A DNA stretch of 64,000 nucleotides from Eledone cirrhosa (GCA_964016885.1 OZ024742.1:355384001-355448000), one strand, 5' to 3'. Positions 14,440-28,462 are shown, numbered from the stretch's first letter. Numbers and translations are program-made. The notes: a model not told the origin generated them from the letters alone.

Positions 14440-15360
14440 TAAAAAAGAAGAAGGGACGTATGTGCGTATAAGATGTAGAAGGAGGAGTATGATATGTACC
14501 CTTTGTCCTGTATACGGAACAAATAATATGTGTTCCAAAATGGAATACGTGGAGAGTATGGATTCTCGATTGAAAAGGTACACATGTATGGGGATGCGTG
14601 GACCGGCCATACTGGAGTATGTCACTGTGGTCGAAGTATGTTGTCCTATAGGTGTAAGAAATTTGAATGAAAGTCAGTGGAATCCTTGTGAAGCTGTCCC
14701 GGCTCAGGCGATGTTCTTGCCTAAGGTGACGAGCAGAGTCGGGTATGCATCTTGGGATATTTGGGTTTACCCCACGGGGCATATACTGTCATCAGGATAT
14801 GGTGTATGATCCCTTGAACCCGTTTCGCCGCTCTGGTCGGCGTGCGCTCCGCCGCATTCCTTTAGCCTGGGCTTCCCGTTGGATTTCATGCGGAGAGTGT
14901 GCACCTTCTCTGGTGTCTGCATGTCATGATAATTTCCGATTTCAGGTTGACCGCATCATCCTTCAGTCTGACTATTTCCATGACCTCGTATAGGCATAGG
15001 CTACACTTTCTACTTCCAGCCGAGTATGCATTCGAGTGCCGAACAATACTCCAGTCAAGGGCGTACGGGTGCCCTTGTCTTTCAAGTCCTACACCAGGTC
15101 CGATAGCCTAGCAGTGTGCGTCTTACTGTGGTCCTTGAAAGAGTTTCCTTGGTAATACATCCGCGATTTAAAGGTCGTGGATATTGCGCCGATGTAGGTG
15201 CGCTTTATATTGTGCGTACTAACCACACATTTATATACCAGGCCCTTCGTCAGGCATCTCCTCTGCAGGGGGCACTGGGTCCGCGCTCTGCAGTTACATG
15301 TTCTGTCGTCATTTGGTTCATTTCGGACGCCTGGCCCTTGATTTGCTAGTACCATCTGTA
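14440..15360 (-). mobile_element. Penelope-like element 3' fragment (GIY-YIG endonuclease + 3' UTR)
   Basis: ORF 15089-15424 has CNCR..QCPL..RCL..GLVYKC..TYIG..TFKSR. After a stop/frameshift it continues LDWSIVRHSNAY..GSRKCSLCLYE..I..VNLKSEII.TCRH to ~14887. Flanked by TA-rich microsatellites. Confidence 0.8.
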
Positions 15361-15491
15361 TTATATATATATATAAGTTATTCCGGGTTAAATCGGAGGT
15401 AACCAGTGTAAGGAGGGTACACAATACGTAGCAGAGTATAACTGTTTTAATATAGAAGAGCTTCTACAGGACTAGAAATGTTTCATTTGTG

Positions 15492-15530
<39 letters not shown>

Positions 15531-15648
15531 AGTTTCACAAGATACCATGGATGAGTGAAAGCAGCGATTTTTTGCTTAAACGTTGATCTGTACTAATAAA
15601 ATAAAATATGTATATACATACACAAATATATATATATATATATATATA

Positions 15649-15736
<88 letters not shown>

Positions 15737-16186
15737 CATGTGTGAGTGTATGCATGTGTATATGTGTGTAAGAATTTCTAAATTCAAAATGTTATTTCAC
15801 TTTCTATTCATTGTTAGAATATGACAACAAATAAACACATAAGTCTATACGTATATATAACTTCTTTGTGTTTGTGACTGAATTCTTTTGAAAACTTTCA
15901 TTACTGGATGTTGGTTTTTAGTTCTTCTTATCTATTCTATTATTTGAAATGTCACGAAATACTATGTTTCTGAATGTGCCGCTTGTATTTTAGTTTTCAA
16001 TGTATACATGTTACTTTGAAAAGCAGGTGCAGTAGGTTATAGTTATGATGTATTATTTCCCAGTAATGCACTGGATAATTGCTGGTATTGTGCCTAAAGT
16101 AGAAACAATTATTTCCCTTTACAATGTATGCATGTCTAGCGTTATCACTCTCACTCTATCTATCTCTATCTCTCTATCTCTCTCTC

Positions 16187-16302
<116 letters not shown>

Positions 16303-16799
16303 TAAACGGAATAGAAAATGCTGACAAATTGTTCACAGTTGAAAAATAAAAGAGTATTAGTGATTGTATGGGTTAGTATTCAGTTGTGGTTTTAAGTTTT
16401 TAAGTTTTTACCGGTTGCGCATTTCTAAATGCTTTTCAAAAATAATTTTGAGATAGAGTGTCCGTGCTGTTTGCTCTGATCTGATTAGTTTTAGGAATTC
16501 TACCTGTTTTTATGTTAAAAAAGTGGCTCCAGCGTTATTTTTGTGTTGCAAAAATGCTTGTGGTCAAAACAATTTTGATTGGTCGGTAGAGGTCATGTGA
16601 ATGTAAAAAGTTGATTTTGCGCCAAGACTGGTTTTATGTTAAAATGTTAAAAAAGTGGCTCCAGCAAAAATTCTTGGTCAAAACAATTTTGATTGGTCGG
16701 TAGAGGTCATGTGTATAAAAAATTGGTTTTGCGCCAAGATTGAGAAATGACTCTTTCACAACAAATATGTGTGTGTGTGTGTGTATATGTGTGTGTGCG

Positions 16800-16850
<51 letters not shown>

Positions 16851-17023
16851 GTGTGTGTGTGTGTGTAGTAGTAGTAGTAAGGTGTTCGATGCTGCGACAA
16901 TGGCCAGCAGCGATGTGTGTCAAATGGCTATTAAGATAAGTGTGTTAGTGTGTGTGTGTGTGTATATAGCAGAGTCATTCGAAGGTCAAACGATATTTTT
17001 CAGCTTTTGTCTTATACGGAGAA

Positions 17024-17058
<35 letters not shown>

Positions 17059-17291
17059 AGTCTCTTTGTATGTTGATGCACGCGTGTGTATGTGTTTGTG
17101 TATATATGTGTGTGTGTGTGTGTGTGTGTGGGTGGACCAGTATTTTTTCCCCCTGGTAAAATGGTGTACATTATTCGATTTTTTTAGTAAAATCGGTTCT
17201 CTTAATAGAACATCAAAAATCTTAACAATAAAAGGTGTGAAATGATATTCACTATATATACATATATATACACAAACATACATATATTCAC

Positions 17292-17332
<41 letters not shown>

Positions 17333-17498
17333 ATATACACATATACATATACATACATACATACACACACATGCACATATATTTTTTGTATTGCACCATA
17401 GAGCATGTGTGTTTACGTGTGTCATTGTGTTTATATGTGGGTAGAGATGTGTGCTGATGTAGGTATGCATGTTGACGTGTGTATGTTGTGGGTTCGTC

Positions 17499-20400
17499 TT
17501 AGGGAGAAGTGTTTAGACGGGGTCCGTATTTGTTAATGAAGTAAGATTCCTTGCTGATGCGCTGGGTGTGGGTGGCATTATCTTTAAATTTGTAGAGGGG
17601 AAAGATTCTGAAGTTGGGATGATTTTGGGCGGCACAGGTATCAATGTGTTCACTCAGTGGCATTTTCCTGTATTCCCGTATTTTAATTTCGGATCTATGG
17701 ACAGTCATGCGATGGCGGAGGCTGTTTTTGGTCTGGCCTATGTATTGTTCTCGACAACCTGAACAAGTTAATACATATATTAGATTTTCCGATGCACATG
17801 TGAAATTGTGTTTTACTATAAAACGTTGTCCATCTTTGAAATAGAATTCTGAACCCTCTATTAGGTTGATGCAAGTGCCACAGTTGGGTCTATCGCATTT
17901 TTTTACTGTGGGTTTCGTTGTTGTGGTTGGCAGTACTTTGGCATGTGTTAAGATGTTTTTCATTGACTTGGATTGTCTTTTGCTCTTTATGATATCGTGT
18001 GTTCGTAGAATTTGGTTCATTCTATGGTCCTTTTTCGATACAGGGATGTTCTGGAGGATGGTGTCAAAGGCCTCATTGTTGAGGGGATTGTGTGTGGAGA
18101 TGTATGGAAGAGCTTTTAGTTTTGGTTGATTTACTTTAGGGTGTCTAAGGTCCTGGGTACTGAGTTTTAGGGCACGTTGGATTCCATTGTCAATTAGTGA
18201 TGCAGGGTAGTCCCTGCCTATGAGTGTGTCCTTTAGTTCTTGCAGCCGTAAGTAGCAGATGTTTTTATTGGAGACTATAGTACAGATTCTCTTGGCTAAG
18301 TTGTAGGGAATATTAATTTTAACGTGTCTATGGTGGCAAGAGTTGAAGGGTGGTATTGCTTGGAGTCTGTGGGCTTGTAGTATATGTCTGTTTCTATTTT
18401 TTTGTTATGGATCTTAATGGGGATGTCGAGGAAGGGGAGTTGTTGATGGCTGTATTCCATCGTGAAGTTAATATTTGTGTTGAGCCCATTTATAAGGGTG
18501 TGAAATTCTTTAAGTGTTTCGATGTTTTCGTGCCAAAGGATGAAGCAGTCATCTAGATATCGCTTCCAGTTCCTTTCAATGTGTAAGTGGAGGGTGTTTC
18601 CAAATTTGTTTAGGACTTTAGTGTAGAGGGTGATTTCCAGGTATCCCATGACTAGGTTGGCATAAGTAGGGGCTGTTTTCGTTCCCATAGCGGTCCCAGA
18701 TTTCTGCCTGTAGGGTTTGTTATTGAAAACGAAGTAATTGTTCTCCAAGATAAATTTGAGTCCCTCTATCACGAATTCTTTTTTTATGCGTTGTGGGAGT
18801 TCATTGTGGAAATTATCCAGCCAGAATTGGATAGCTTCTATTCCTAGGTTGTGGGGGATGTTGGAGTATAGGTTGACTACATCGAACGTCACTAGTAGGG
18901 TTTGTTCAGAAAGTGGCATATTAGGGAGGTGATTGAGCATATCTAGGTCGTCCCTTATATAGCTTTTGATGTGCTTGAGGAAGGGTTTGAGAAGGGTATC
19001 AATGAAGTTGCTAAGACGGTGCGTTTCGCAAGCGGGGCCTGCTATTATAGGTCTTAATTTGAGATCATTGGGTGAGGGGACATTGATGACTATGTATGTG
19101 GCTTCCTTGCATGCCTTACTGATTGATTCGCTTTTCTGTACTTTAGGGATACCGTAGAAAAGGCTGGATTTACTTGTGAAGTCTGTGATGAAGCTGAATT
19201 CCTTGTTAGTGAGTCCTTCTTTGTATTGGTTAATTAGAGTTTTTAGGTTTCTCATAATTTTCTGTTGATTGTAGTGTTCAGCCTTTTCGTAGTATGTTTC
19301 GTTTTCCAAAGTGGAGTGCGCTAAGTTGATATAGAATTCTCTCTCCATTAGGACTACTGTACTCCCTTTATCAGACTATTTAATTGTAATGGTTCTGTCG
19401 GTTTTTAATCTATTTAATTCTTCCCATTCTTTCTTGTTGAGGTTCGGCTTGTGTTTGTGTCTGTGCAAGTGTTGGTAAGGGAAGTTTGTGATGTGTTCAC
19501 AGAATTCGTCCAGGATTTTATTTCTACCTTTTGAAGGGGTGTAATTGCTTCTATTTCTGGCTAATGATTCATCCTCATTGTACTGGTCGAATAGTTGTTC
19601 ACTAAGTCGTAACTTTCTACAGAAGTCTGTGATGTCTTCCTTCATTTCATAGTAGTTGGGACGTAGTGGGGTCGGTGTGAATTTAAGACCTTTGGTGAGT
19701 AAGTTGATAAGGTTGGGTGTTGGTTCTGCACTAGTAAGATTGATAATTTTTATTACTATCGGTTTCTCCTCCCTGTCTTGTGTTATTTTGTTTGCCTGTA
19801 TCTGTGTGCTGTGTCTAAAAAATGGTTGGGGTAGAGGGGTTGTCTACTGATGTTAAGTGGTCTCCTGTGTTTGTTATATTCCTTGTTGTTGTAAAATGTC
19901 GTTCGGGTTGGTGGTTGTAGATTGAATTGGGTGTTCCTGTACTGCGAGTATGGGTGTGTGTTTCTATGTGCCATGTTATATTGTGGTGTTATAAGTGGCC
20001 TACGTTGTTGGTTGTATCGTGTGGTGTGGGTTTGTTGTGTATTGTGGAAGTGAGAGTTGAGAAAATGGTAATTACCTTGCTGTCCCCTTGAAGCGGGGAA
20101 GTTGTTGCATCTATCATGGCGGTGGTATCTTTTCCCTATGTTTGACGATGAGGAATCCGCGTAGTAGCTGAGTGATTTGGTATGGTATCTCCTTGAAGGG
20201 GGAAAGTTGAAAATGTCATTCTGGGTGAGATGATTTCTTGGGTTTTTGTTCCTTCTTATGGTAGCGAGGTTGGGAAGTTCATCTTCGGTGTGGTGCTTCC
20301 TTCTTCGTTTGTTTGAGGCTTGGGGGTTTCAGAAGTTGTTGTGCGGTTCAGTTATGGGTTTTCCTATTTTTATGAACGGGTTATTGGAGGTGTAATCCGT

Positions 20401-21090
20401 TTGAAAAGTCGATTCATAGTGTAGGAACCAAGCGGCACTTTTTTCCCAGCGTTGAAGGGATTTTAGTTCTTCTCTGTTGCAGTCCCCTTTCCATAATTTG
20501 GAGATCTTCTCTACCTTGGGGCCTTCAGTTTTGTTGTTGATTTCCAGGAGGATCTCTTCATCGATGGTTTTGATTTTTTCCTCGTCTCTGGGCCCTCAGT
20601 TTAAGAAGTTCAATTTCTGTCTTCATTTTTTCCAAAGCCCTAAGGTGTCTTTGAGGTTCGGGTTCATTTGGAATGGACTTTATTTGTAGTTTACGGGTGA
20701 GAGTTAGAGGGGTTGAGTTAAGCCATTTTTCATATATCTCTGCTTTGTTGTGATGTTGTATCATCTTCCAGAATGAGAACTTTCTGTCTCTGAGGGATTT
20801 ATTCCATTTTGGAATTGTTCGAATTTTTTCATTTTGTGTGAATCAATCTCACATGGTTCTTCGTTGATTTGTCTTGGGTTGGTAGTAGTGAACATAGTTT
20901 GGATAGTATCGCAACGGTTTTGGAGTTTGTCGCCGATTTCGGAGGGTTTGTATCCGGTGGCGGTTTCCTTATTTGTGGAGTCAAGTTTGTCGACCAGCAA
21001 AGATAGGTTGGTGTTGATTTTCTTGAGTTCCTGTAGGATCTCTTCATTTGAGTTGATGAGGGTTGTATCCGTTTTTGTTGGCATTTTCTG
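17499..21090 (-). pseudogene. Penelope polyprotein (long N-terminal region, RT, Zn-linker, GIY-YIG), several frameshifts/stops
   Basis: LRPIIAG, FDVVNLYSNIP, GTAMGTKTAPTYANL, WKRYLDDCF and TDIYYKPTD in 18296-19348. CDRPNCGTC and NLIYVLTCSGCREQYIGQTKNSLRHRMTVH in 17499-18020. N-terminal fragments at 19376-19645, 20558-20764 and 20761-21138. Confidence 0.9.
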
Positions 21091-21149
21091 TATCTCGTGT
21101 GAGGATATGATAGTTAAAAGAATAGAGGTGTAACACAAGTTATTATATA

Positions 21150-21720
21150 TTGGTAAACGGAATAGAAAATGCTGACAAATTGTTCACAGTTGAAAAATGG
21201 TTTAATTAGGAATAAAAGAGTATTAGTAATTGTATGGGTTAGTATTCAGTTGTGGTTTTAAGTTTTTAAGTTTTTACCGGTTGCGCATTTCAAAATGCTT
21301 TTCAAAAATAATTTTGAGATAGAGTGTCCGTGCTGTTTGCTCTGATCTGATTAGTTTTGGGAATTCTACCTGTTTTTGGGGTGGCATTATCTTTAAATTT
21401 GTAGAGGGGAAAGATTCTGAAGTTGGGATGATTTGGGGCGGCACAGGTATCAATGTGTTCACTCAGTGGTATTTTCCTGTATTCCCGTATTTTAATTTGA
21501 GATCTATGGACAGTCATGCGTTGGCGGAGGCTGTTTTTGGTCTGGCCTATGTATTGTTCTCGACAACCTGAACAAGTTAATACATATATTAGATTTTCCG
21601 ATGCACATGTGAAATTGTGTTTTACTATAAAACGTTGTCCATCTTTGAAATAGAATTCCGAACCCTCTATTAGGTTGATGCAAATGCCACAGTTGGGTCT
21701 GTCACATTTTTTTACTGTGG
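21150..21720 (-). repeat. Upstream direct pseudo-LTR (partial tandem copy) with ~1 kb internal deletion
   Basis: 21150-21377 matches 16299-16512, then jumps directly to sequence matching 17570-17910. Confidence 0.9.
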
Positions 21721-21976
21721 TTTCCCCTCTACAAATTTAAAGATAATGCCACCCACACCCAGCGCATCAGCAAGGAATCTTACTTCATTAATAAATACGG
21801 ACCCCGTCTAAACACTTCTCCCTAAGACGAACCCACAACACACACACGTCAACATGCATACCTACATCAGCACACATCTCTACCCACATATAAACACAAT
21901 GACACACGTAAACACACATGCTCTATGGTGCAATACAAAACATATATGTGCATGTGTGTGTATGTATGTATGTATA

Positions 21977-22056
<80 letters not shown>

Positions 22057-22493
22057 GTGAATATATGTATTCGTGTGTATATATATGTATATATAGTGAA
22101 TATCATTTCACACCTTTTATTGTTAAGATTTTTGATGTTCTATTAAGAGAACCGATTTTACTGAAAAAATCGAATAATGTACACCATTTTACCAGGGGGA
22201 AAAAAATACTGGTCCACCCAACACACACACATATATACACAAACACATACACACGCGTACATCAACATACAAAGAGACTTACACACACACACACACACAC
22301 ACAAACGCACTTCTCCGTATAAGACAAAAGCTGAAAAATATCTTTTGACCTTCGAATGACTCTGCTATACACACACACACACACACACACACACTTATCT
22401 TAATAGCCATTTGACACACATCGCTGCTGGCCATTGTCGCAGCATCGAACACCTTACTACTACTACTACTACTACACACACACACACGCACAC

Positions 22494-22571
<78 letters not shown>

Positions 22572-23048
22572 TTGTTGTGAAAGAGTCATTTCTCAATCTT
22601 GGCGCAAAACCAAATTTTTATCCACATGACCTCTACCGACCAATCAAAATTGTTTTGACCAATAATTTTTGCTGGAGCCACTTTTTTAACATTTTAACAT
22701 AAAAACAGTCTTGGCGCAAAATCAACTTTTTACATTCACATGACCTCTACCGACCAATCAACATTATTTTGACCACAAGCATTTTTGCAACACAAAAATA
22801 ACGCTGGAGCCACTTTTTTAACATAAAAACAGGTAGAATTCCCAAAACTAATCAGATCAGAGCAAACAGCACGGACACTCTATCTCAAAATTATTTTTGA
22901 AAAGCATTTAGAAATGCGCAACCGGTAAAAACTTGAAAACTTAAAACCACAACTGAATACTAACCCATACAATTACTAATACTCTTTTATTCCTAATTAA
23001 ACCATTTTTCAACTGTGAACAATTTGTCAGCATTTTCTATTCCGTTTA

Positions 23049-23052
<4 letters not shown>
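21721..23052 (+). repeat. Inverted pseudo-LTR, ~1.3 kb inverted repeat of 16299-17603
   Basis: Reverse complement matches 16299-17603, including internal microsatellites and the ORF stop region (YGPRLNTSP). Confidence 0.93.
22894..22931 (+). ncRNA. Minimal type I hammerhead-like motif (variant core) in Penelope pLTR; also on minus strand at 16405-16443, 21271-21308, 41638-41674
   Basis: UUU-UUGAAAA-[GCAUUU AG AAAUGC]-GCAA-CCGG-UA-AAAA: U3:A8 core variant, 6-bp stem II, palindromic ACCGGU stem III. GCAA replaces GAAA and stem I is weak. Confidence 0.5.
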
Positions 23053-23109
<57 letters not shown>

Positions 23110-23599
23110 ATATATTAAATATATATGTATATATACATATATATGTATATATAAATGGCAGATAGGGCACACATCTTCTTTTTTAGTCCTCCAAACATTT
23201 CCCTTACATTGCCTCTTAATTTCTATCTTACCATTTCATATTATTTTTCATTCTATTGTCTGATGACAGACTAATGTCAGCAATGAAAAGACTGTTTTCC
23301 AAAAATATCAATCTATTAAGTTTCTCTGTTATTTTCGCACACGTTTTGCATATCTCTCTCTATATATATATGTATATATATGTGTGTATGTGTGTGTGTA
23401 CGTGTGTGTGTGTCTCTGTATATATATATATATATAATATGACATGTGTCGTCTATTTAATAGTGAAGTTATAGCTTAACCAAGTGGTGTTCATAACATT
23501 ACGTTTTCCTTTTCCTTCTAGTGGTTGTCCAGACTAAATCTACTTTCCAAGACTGAAGAGTTTATTAGATTTTTTTTTTTTTGAGGTGGCTAATAAAAT

Positions 23600-24289
23600 T
23601 GTGATATTCCAGGTTCCAGTTGTCAAAGTTTGCTCCCTTCCAGTCACTATTTGGGTTCTCGGCTTACACAATTATTGTGCCTCCATCCAATGCCTCTCAA
23701 GATATGTCGCAGACCCATCTCCTTGCGAACCCACGCGAAGGAGGTTGTCGTATGGTTCTGTTTAGTTTGTTTCTCCATATTGTAGATGCAGTTTCGGTGG
23801 CTTTATTCGCGCCAGTCACTAATATGTTCTATATCACACCAGGCAATATTAGACATTTTTTGAAGCTATCTATACTCGCTTCGTCATAGCTACACCACTG
23901 AGAATGTTCTTGGGGTCTGCAGGTGTCACCCATTGCCCCTTCTCCCATGGCAGTATACCACTGTTCGTCAGAGGATTACTCGTCTAGCAGTTCCCCGCTG
24001 ATATCGTAACTAACCATCTTATCTGGAGGCCCTATCAATATGCCGATACTATGGGCATATGATTAGAATACCTTAGGAAAGAATTGCTGAACAGATTTTA
24101 CGAAAAGAAACAACCGGCAGGAGACCCAGGGCTAACACCGAGCAAGATGGTTGGATAACCTCCATGTGCCTGGCTGATCTTGCTTGGGAATCCAGCTTGA
24201 GCAGATGCAGACGACTGCTTCTGCCAGGACCAGTAGGAGGGAGTGTTTGAGAACTGTGCGCCCACGAACCTCTGAGGTATAATTGGGCA

Positions 24290-24290
<1 letters not shown>
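23600..24290. mobile_element. RTE-like LINE remnants: 5'/APE start on minus (23600-~24050), 3' end on plus (~24060-24290) leading into the (TAA)n tract
   Basis: Minus strand LTTGTWNIT (APE N-terminal GTWN motif). Plus strand ERIAEQIL..TGRRPR../RWLDNL-like RTE C-terminus, followed by (TAA)n. Confidence 0.45.

Positions 24291-24374
<84 letters not shown>
24290..24374 (+). repeat. (TAA)n tract; further tracts at 28414-28460, 29105-29191, 34062-34113, 37645-37663
   Basis: Directly visible; these tracts separate the R4/Dong copies. Confidence 0.97.
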
Positions 24375-24376
<2 letters not shown>

Positions 24377-27300
24377 GGGGAAGGTGGCGGTATCACTAGA
24401 CAAGGGATAGTCTAGCAAAATATGTAAATAGATTGACTTAGTGACCCGGCCACTGGCCAAACGACAACAACTATGGCACTGCTGGCTCCCCCCTTCCCCA
24501 CCAACAATATAAAAAGCCCCAGCACCACCACCGACATAGACAACAACAATAACAGGCAACTTCAGCAAAAAGTATATTATATTATTGTCATGCACTGGGT
24601 GATTTCTGGCCTTGTGCCTAGAGTAGAAACAATTATTAATAATTTCATTCTTAAGCCACGCAATGAACACATTAAGGAACCACTCATGATAATAACAATT
24701 TAAAAACAACAAAAAAGAAAACCCCGTGACCAAAAAATACCGGGATGGCGGCCGGCGGAAAATAGCCGTATCTCTAGGGGAAGACGACCCCCTATAGTCT
24801 TGGTTGACACTCGTCCTAGAAGTGGTAACACTAAATGATTACGCCTTGGCGGATAAGGATAAAACGTGACAAAATAAAGTAAATGTCTAATGATAAAATC
24901 TCATACCGGATCGGCCGTCACCCGGGTCAAAAAGGGCCGCATCCCTCAGAGAGGAACCAGACTGGGGTAAAAAAAACAGCTAATGGTTCAAACCTTCCCA
25001 TCACTTCGGAGCTGGAGACCTCCCATAACCGGAATACTCCTACTGTTGGCCCTCCATGCTCACCACCAAGAAATCCAAAGAAAAAGAGAGAAAAATGGTC
25101 AAGGGAAGATAATAAAAAGTCCTTGAGGCTTTCTACACTGTCATGTACTACCCATCAAATACATCGAATACAGAACAGACAACTGGAAAAAGAAACATCC
25201 CGAAAACAGAGGCTATATTGACAGTAAATAACTAGCCAATATACGAAGAAATATTGTAAAAAAAAAAGTTACCAACTGATATAGAAATTGATCAGATCAA
25301 GCTATTAGCACAAAGTCAGAGAAGGGAAAATGAAACATGTGTCAGTGAAAACGAGGTAAATAGTAACACTTCGAATCCCAGGGTTGGGGCAGAATCACTG
25401 GCAACAGAACAAATTAAAGAAATGATCGAAAAAGTGGAGGGAGTGCATGCTCAAGATGAAACTCCAAATTTAAACAATGAGATCGTAAATGATAAAGAAA
25501 TGAATGAGAATGAACTTGCAAACTTGAAGGATGAAATCATGATCGAAAGGATGAAAATGAAAGAATCTGACATGGGGGAACGAGACACCCTCCCTGAGAT
25601 CCAGAACGCCAAACAGAACCAAAAGATAATACACAAGACTAACATAATTCTCAAAAACATTATCATCACAAACAAACTAAACATTACTGATTTAAATCAT
25701 CTCTATTATGCATCGGCTAAAGTCACCATTCACTTATGTGGAATGAAGATGAAAAAAACAAAGTAATTCCCACAATAAATCTACTTGGCAAGAGAAAATC
25801 AATCGCCAAATAAACCTTCTCCCATCTGACATACAAATGTTAACAAACTATAAAGTAAGTGAACATGTTAAACAAACTAAACATAGAAAATTGAAATGAA
25901 AGTACAGTGTAAAATCAACAAGTGACATAGACATGCTGATAGAAATAATCAAGCAAAAAGTGTCGGCCAAAGCTGCTCGTATAAGGCGCTTTGAAAAACG
26001 ATCTAGATTCTATAAGGACAATAATATGTTCAAAAACAACCAAAGAAACTTCTACAGAAAAATTGGTAAGTCAACAATAACTGCTAAATCAATACCACCC
26101 AAGGAGGAAGTGCAAGAATTCTGGGAAAAGATCTGGGCCGAAGAAAAAGTTCATAACATACATGCTGCATGGATAGACAGACAAATGAACGATACAGCTC
26201 ACATTGAGGAACACATATGGGAAAATATAACAGTTGAACAGTTGCGCTTGGCTCTAAGAAAAACAAGCAAATGGAAATCTCCAGGAAAAGACAAAATACA
26301 AAGTTTTTGGATAAATTCCTTCACAGAGTGTCATGAGCTGTTAGCCCAACTTTACAATGAAATAGTTCAGGAGCCAGAAAAGATACCATCGTGGCTAGTT
26401 AACGGCATTACATTCCTGCTTCCGAAGAATGATGAGACAAACAATCCACAAAATTACAGACCGATAACTTGCTTGACAACAATGTATAACACTTTCAAAA
26501 TATCTCCCGTTGTCAGGAGGTTTTTGTCATTCATTATGAAGACATGGAATACGACACTCCTCTTGAATAGTGAAACAAAATCACTGGAAGCTGGAGAAGT
26601 TAATATTAATTGTGGAATTTTTCAGGGTGACTCTTTATCACCGCTTTTATTCTGCATCGCTCTTATACCATTAAGTAAAATGCTCAATGAAACAAAACAT
26701 GGATATAAAGTCTATGACAAAACTATTAATCACTTGTTCTACATGGATGACCTGAGACTATTTGCAAAAAATGATGAACAATTGCAAGGGCTATTATCCA
26801 CTGTGGAACAGTTAAGTGATGACATTAAAATGGAGTCGGACTAGATAAATGCGCCAAAGCAACGTACTCCAGAGGAAAGCTGCTGAAAAGTTCAGACATT
26901 AATCTTGATCGGGGAAATGTGAGGAGAGAACTCGATCAAGAGGAAACTTACAAATATCTAGATGTTTGTGAAGGAGACGGAATCAAGCACTAGACAATGA
27001 GGGAAAGGATAAGGAAGGAATGTTACCGCAGAGTAAGAGCAATCTTAAGAACGGAATTGAATGCAAGGAATAGGATCGAAGCCATAAACACCCTTGCCAT
27101 ACCAGTAGTAACCTACAGTTACAATGTCATCAACTGGTCAAGCACAGAGATCCGTAGGCTCGATACAAAAATTCGAAAATGCTTAACCATGCACAGAATG
27201 CATCACCCTAAGGCAGATAGAGATAGAATATATCTCCCTAGGAAAGAAGGAGGTCGTGGGTTAATCCAGTTAGACATTACTTTGAAAACTGCAACAATTG

Positions 27301-28412
27301 GATTATCTACATAGCTAAGGGAATCACATGATTGGATGATCAAACTCCTTTTGAAACACGAAAGCGTCAAAAGATGATACTTCATTACAAAAGATGCACA
27401 AGGATACAGTAATGGACTACACATTTCAGAAGTCCCATTTACTGCTGAAATGAAAAACCCCGAAAAAGCAAAGCAGGTAAAAGTAACTTCAAAGAAAGAA
27501 CTGCTACAGAAACTGGCTAAGAAATGGCAAGAAAAGCCTCTGAATGGAAAATACCCACAACGAACTAACAATCCTGATGTTGACAAAACTTTAACCCATC
27601 AGTGGTTGGCATCCTCTGGATTGAAATCTGAGACTGAAGGACTGATTATATCGGCACAAGATCAGTGTCTACCAACAAAAAAATTACCAAGCCAATATAA
27701 TAAAAAATGGATGCATCCCATTATGCCGTGTATGTAAAAAACAACCAGGAACCATTGACCATATAATTTCAATGTGCAGTCCTATAGCTCCAACCGAATA
27801 TCTAAACAGGCATGACAGAGCTGCAAAATACATACATTGGATAATGTGTAAGCATTTTGACCTGTCCCATCAAAAGAATTGGTGGGAGCATCAACCACCT
27901 CCCATACTTGAAAAAGATCACATCTCAATCTTGTGGAACTTTAGCATCCAAACAGACCGAAAAATAGATGCAAATAGACGTGATATAATATTGAAGGACT
28001 TTAAAAAGAGGGTATGCCTGCTAATTGATATGTCCATTCCAATAGACAAGAATGTATCTATAAAAACATTTGAAAAGTTGAGCAACTATAAGGACTTGGA
28101 GATAGAAATTGGAAAAATGTGGAAATTGAGAACTAAAACAATACCAGGAATGATACCTAAGGGGTCTAATGATTACTTATCGCAAATCCCAGGAAACCCG
28201 CGTATAGGAGAAATACAAAAGATAGTACTAATGGGAACTGCCCATATACTAAGGAAGAGTATGTCAATATAAGTACATCAACAGTCTAAACACCTAAAGA
28301 TGCATGTGTGTGTATGTTCTTTCTTGAACATGGCGGACCTTGCTGTCTCTTGAGGTCACTGGTTGTGACTTGGTGATAACTCGTATGAACATAAAGCAAG
28401 ATAAATGCAGCT

Positions 28413-28413
<1 letters not shown>
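24375..28413 (+). mobile_element. R4/Dong-clade LINE, family 1, decayed (ORF ~24883-28272; RT + CCHC + restriction-like endonuclease)
   Basis: WKSPGKDKI, NYRPITCL, GIFQGDSLSPLLFC, HLFYMDDLRLF, RIYLPRKEGGRGL, YLNRHD, NRRDII..CLLIDMSIP..YKDL. Flanked by (TAA)n. The 5' boundary is uncertain. Confidence 0.88.

Positions 28414-28460
<47 letters not shown>

Positions 28461-28462
<2 letters not shown>

Noticed and set aside
13632-14625. Many ORFs rich in YI/CV/HT/LS repeats (also 15583-17457, 21854-22629, 41241-46191, 62715-63758)
   Set aside because: Translations of (TA)n, (CA)n and (CT)n microsatellites; not genes.
14760-14830. Minus-strand GAAAC and CUGAUGA boxes near the Penelope GIY-YIG stop
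   Set aside because: Could not form stems I-III in any hammerhead topology.
23252-23295. ctgatga...gaaa motif
   Set aside because: No stem III or cleavage triplet; at best a deleted remnant.
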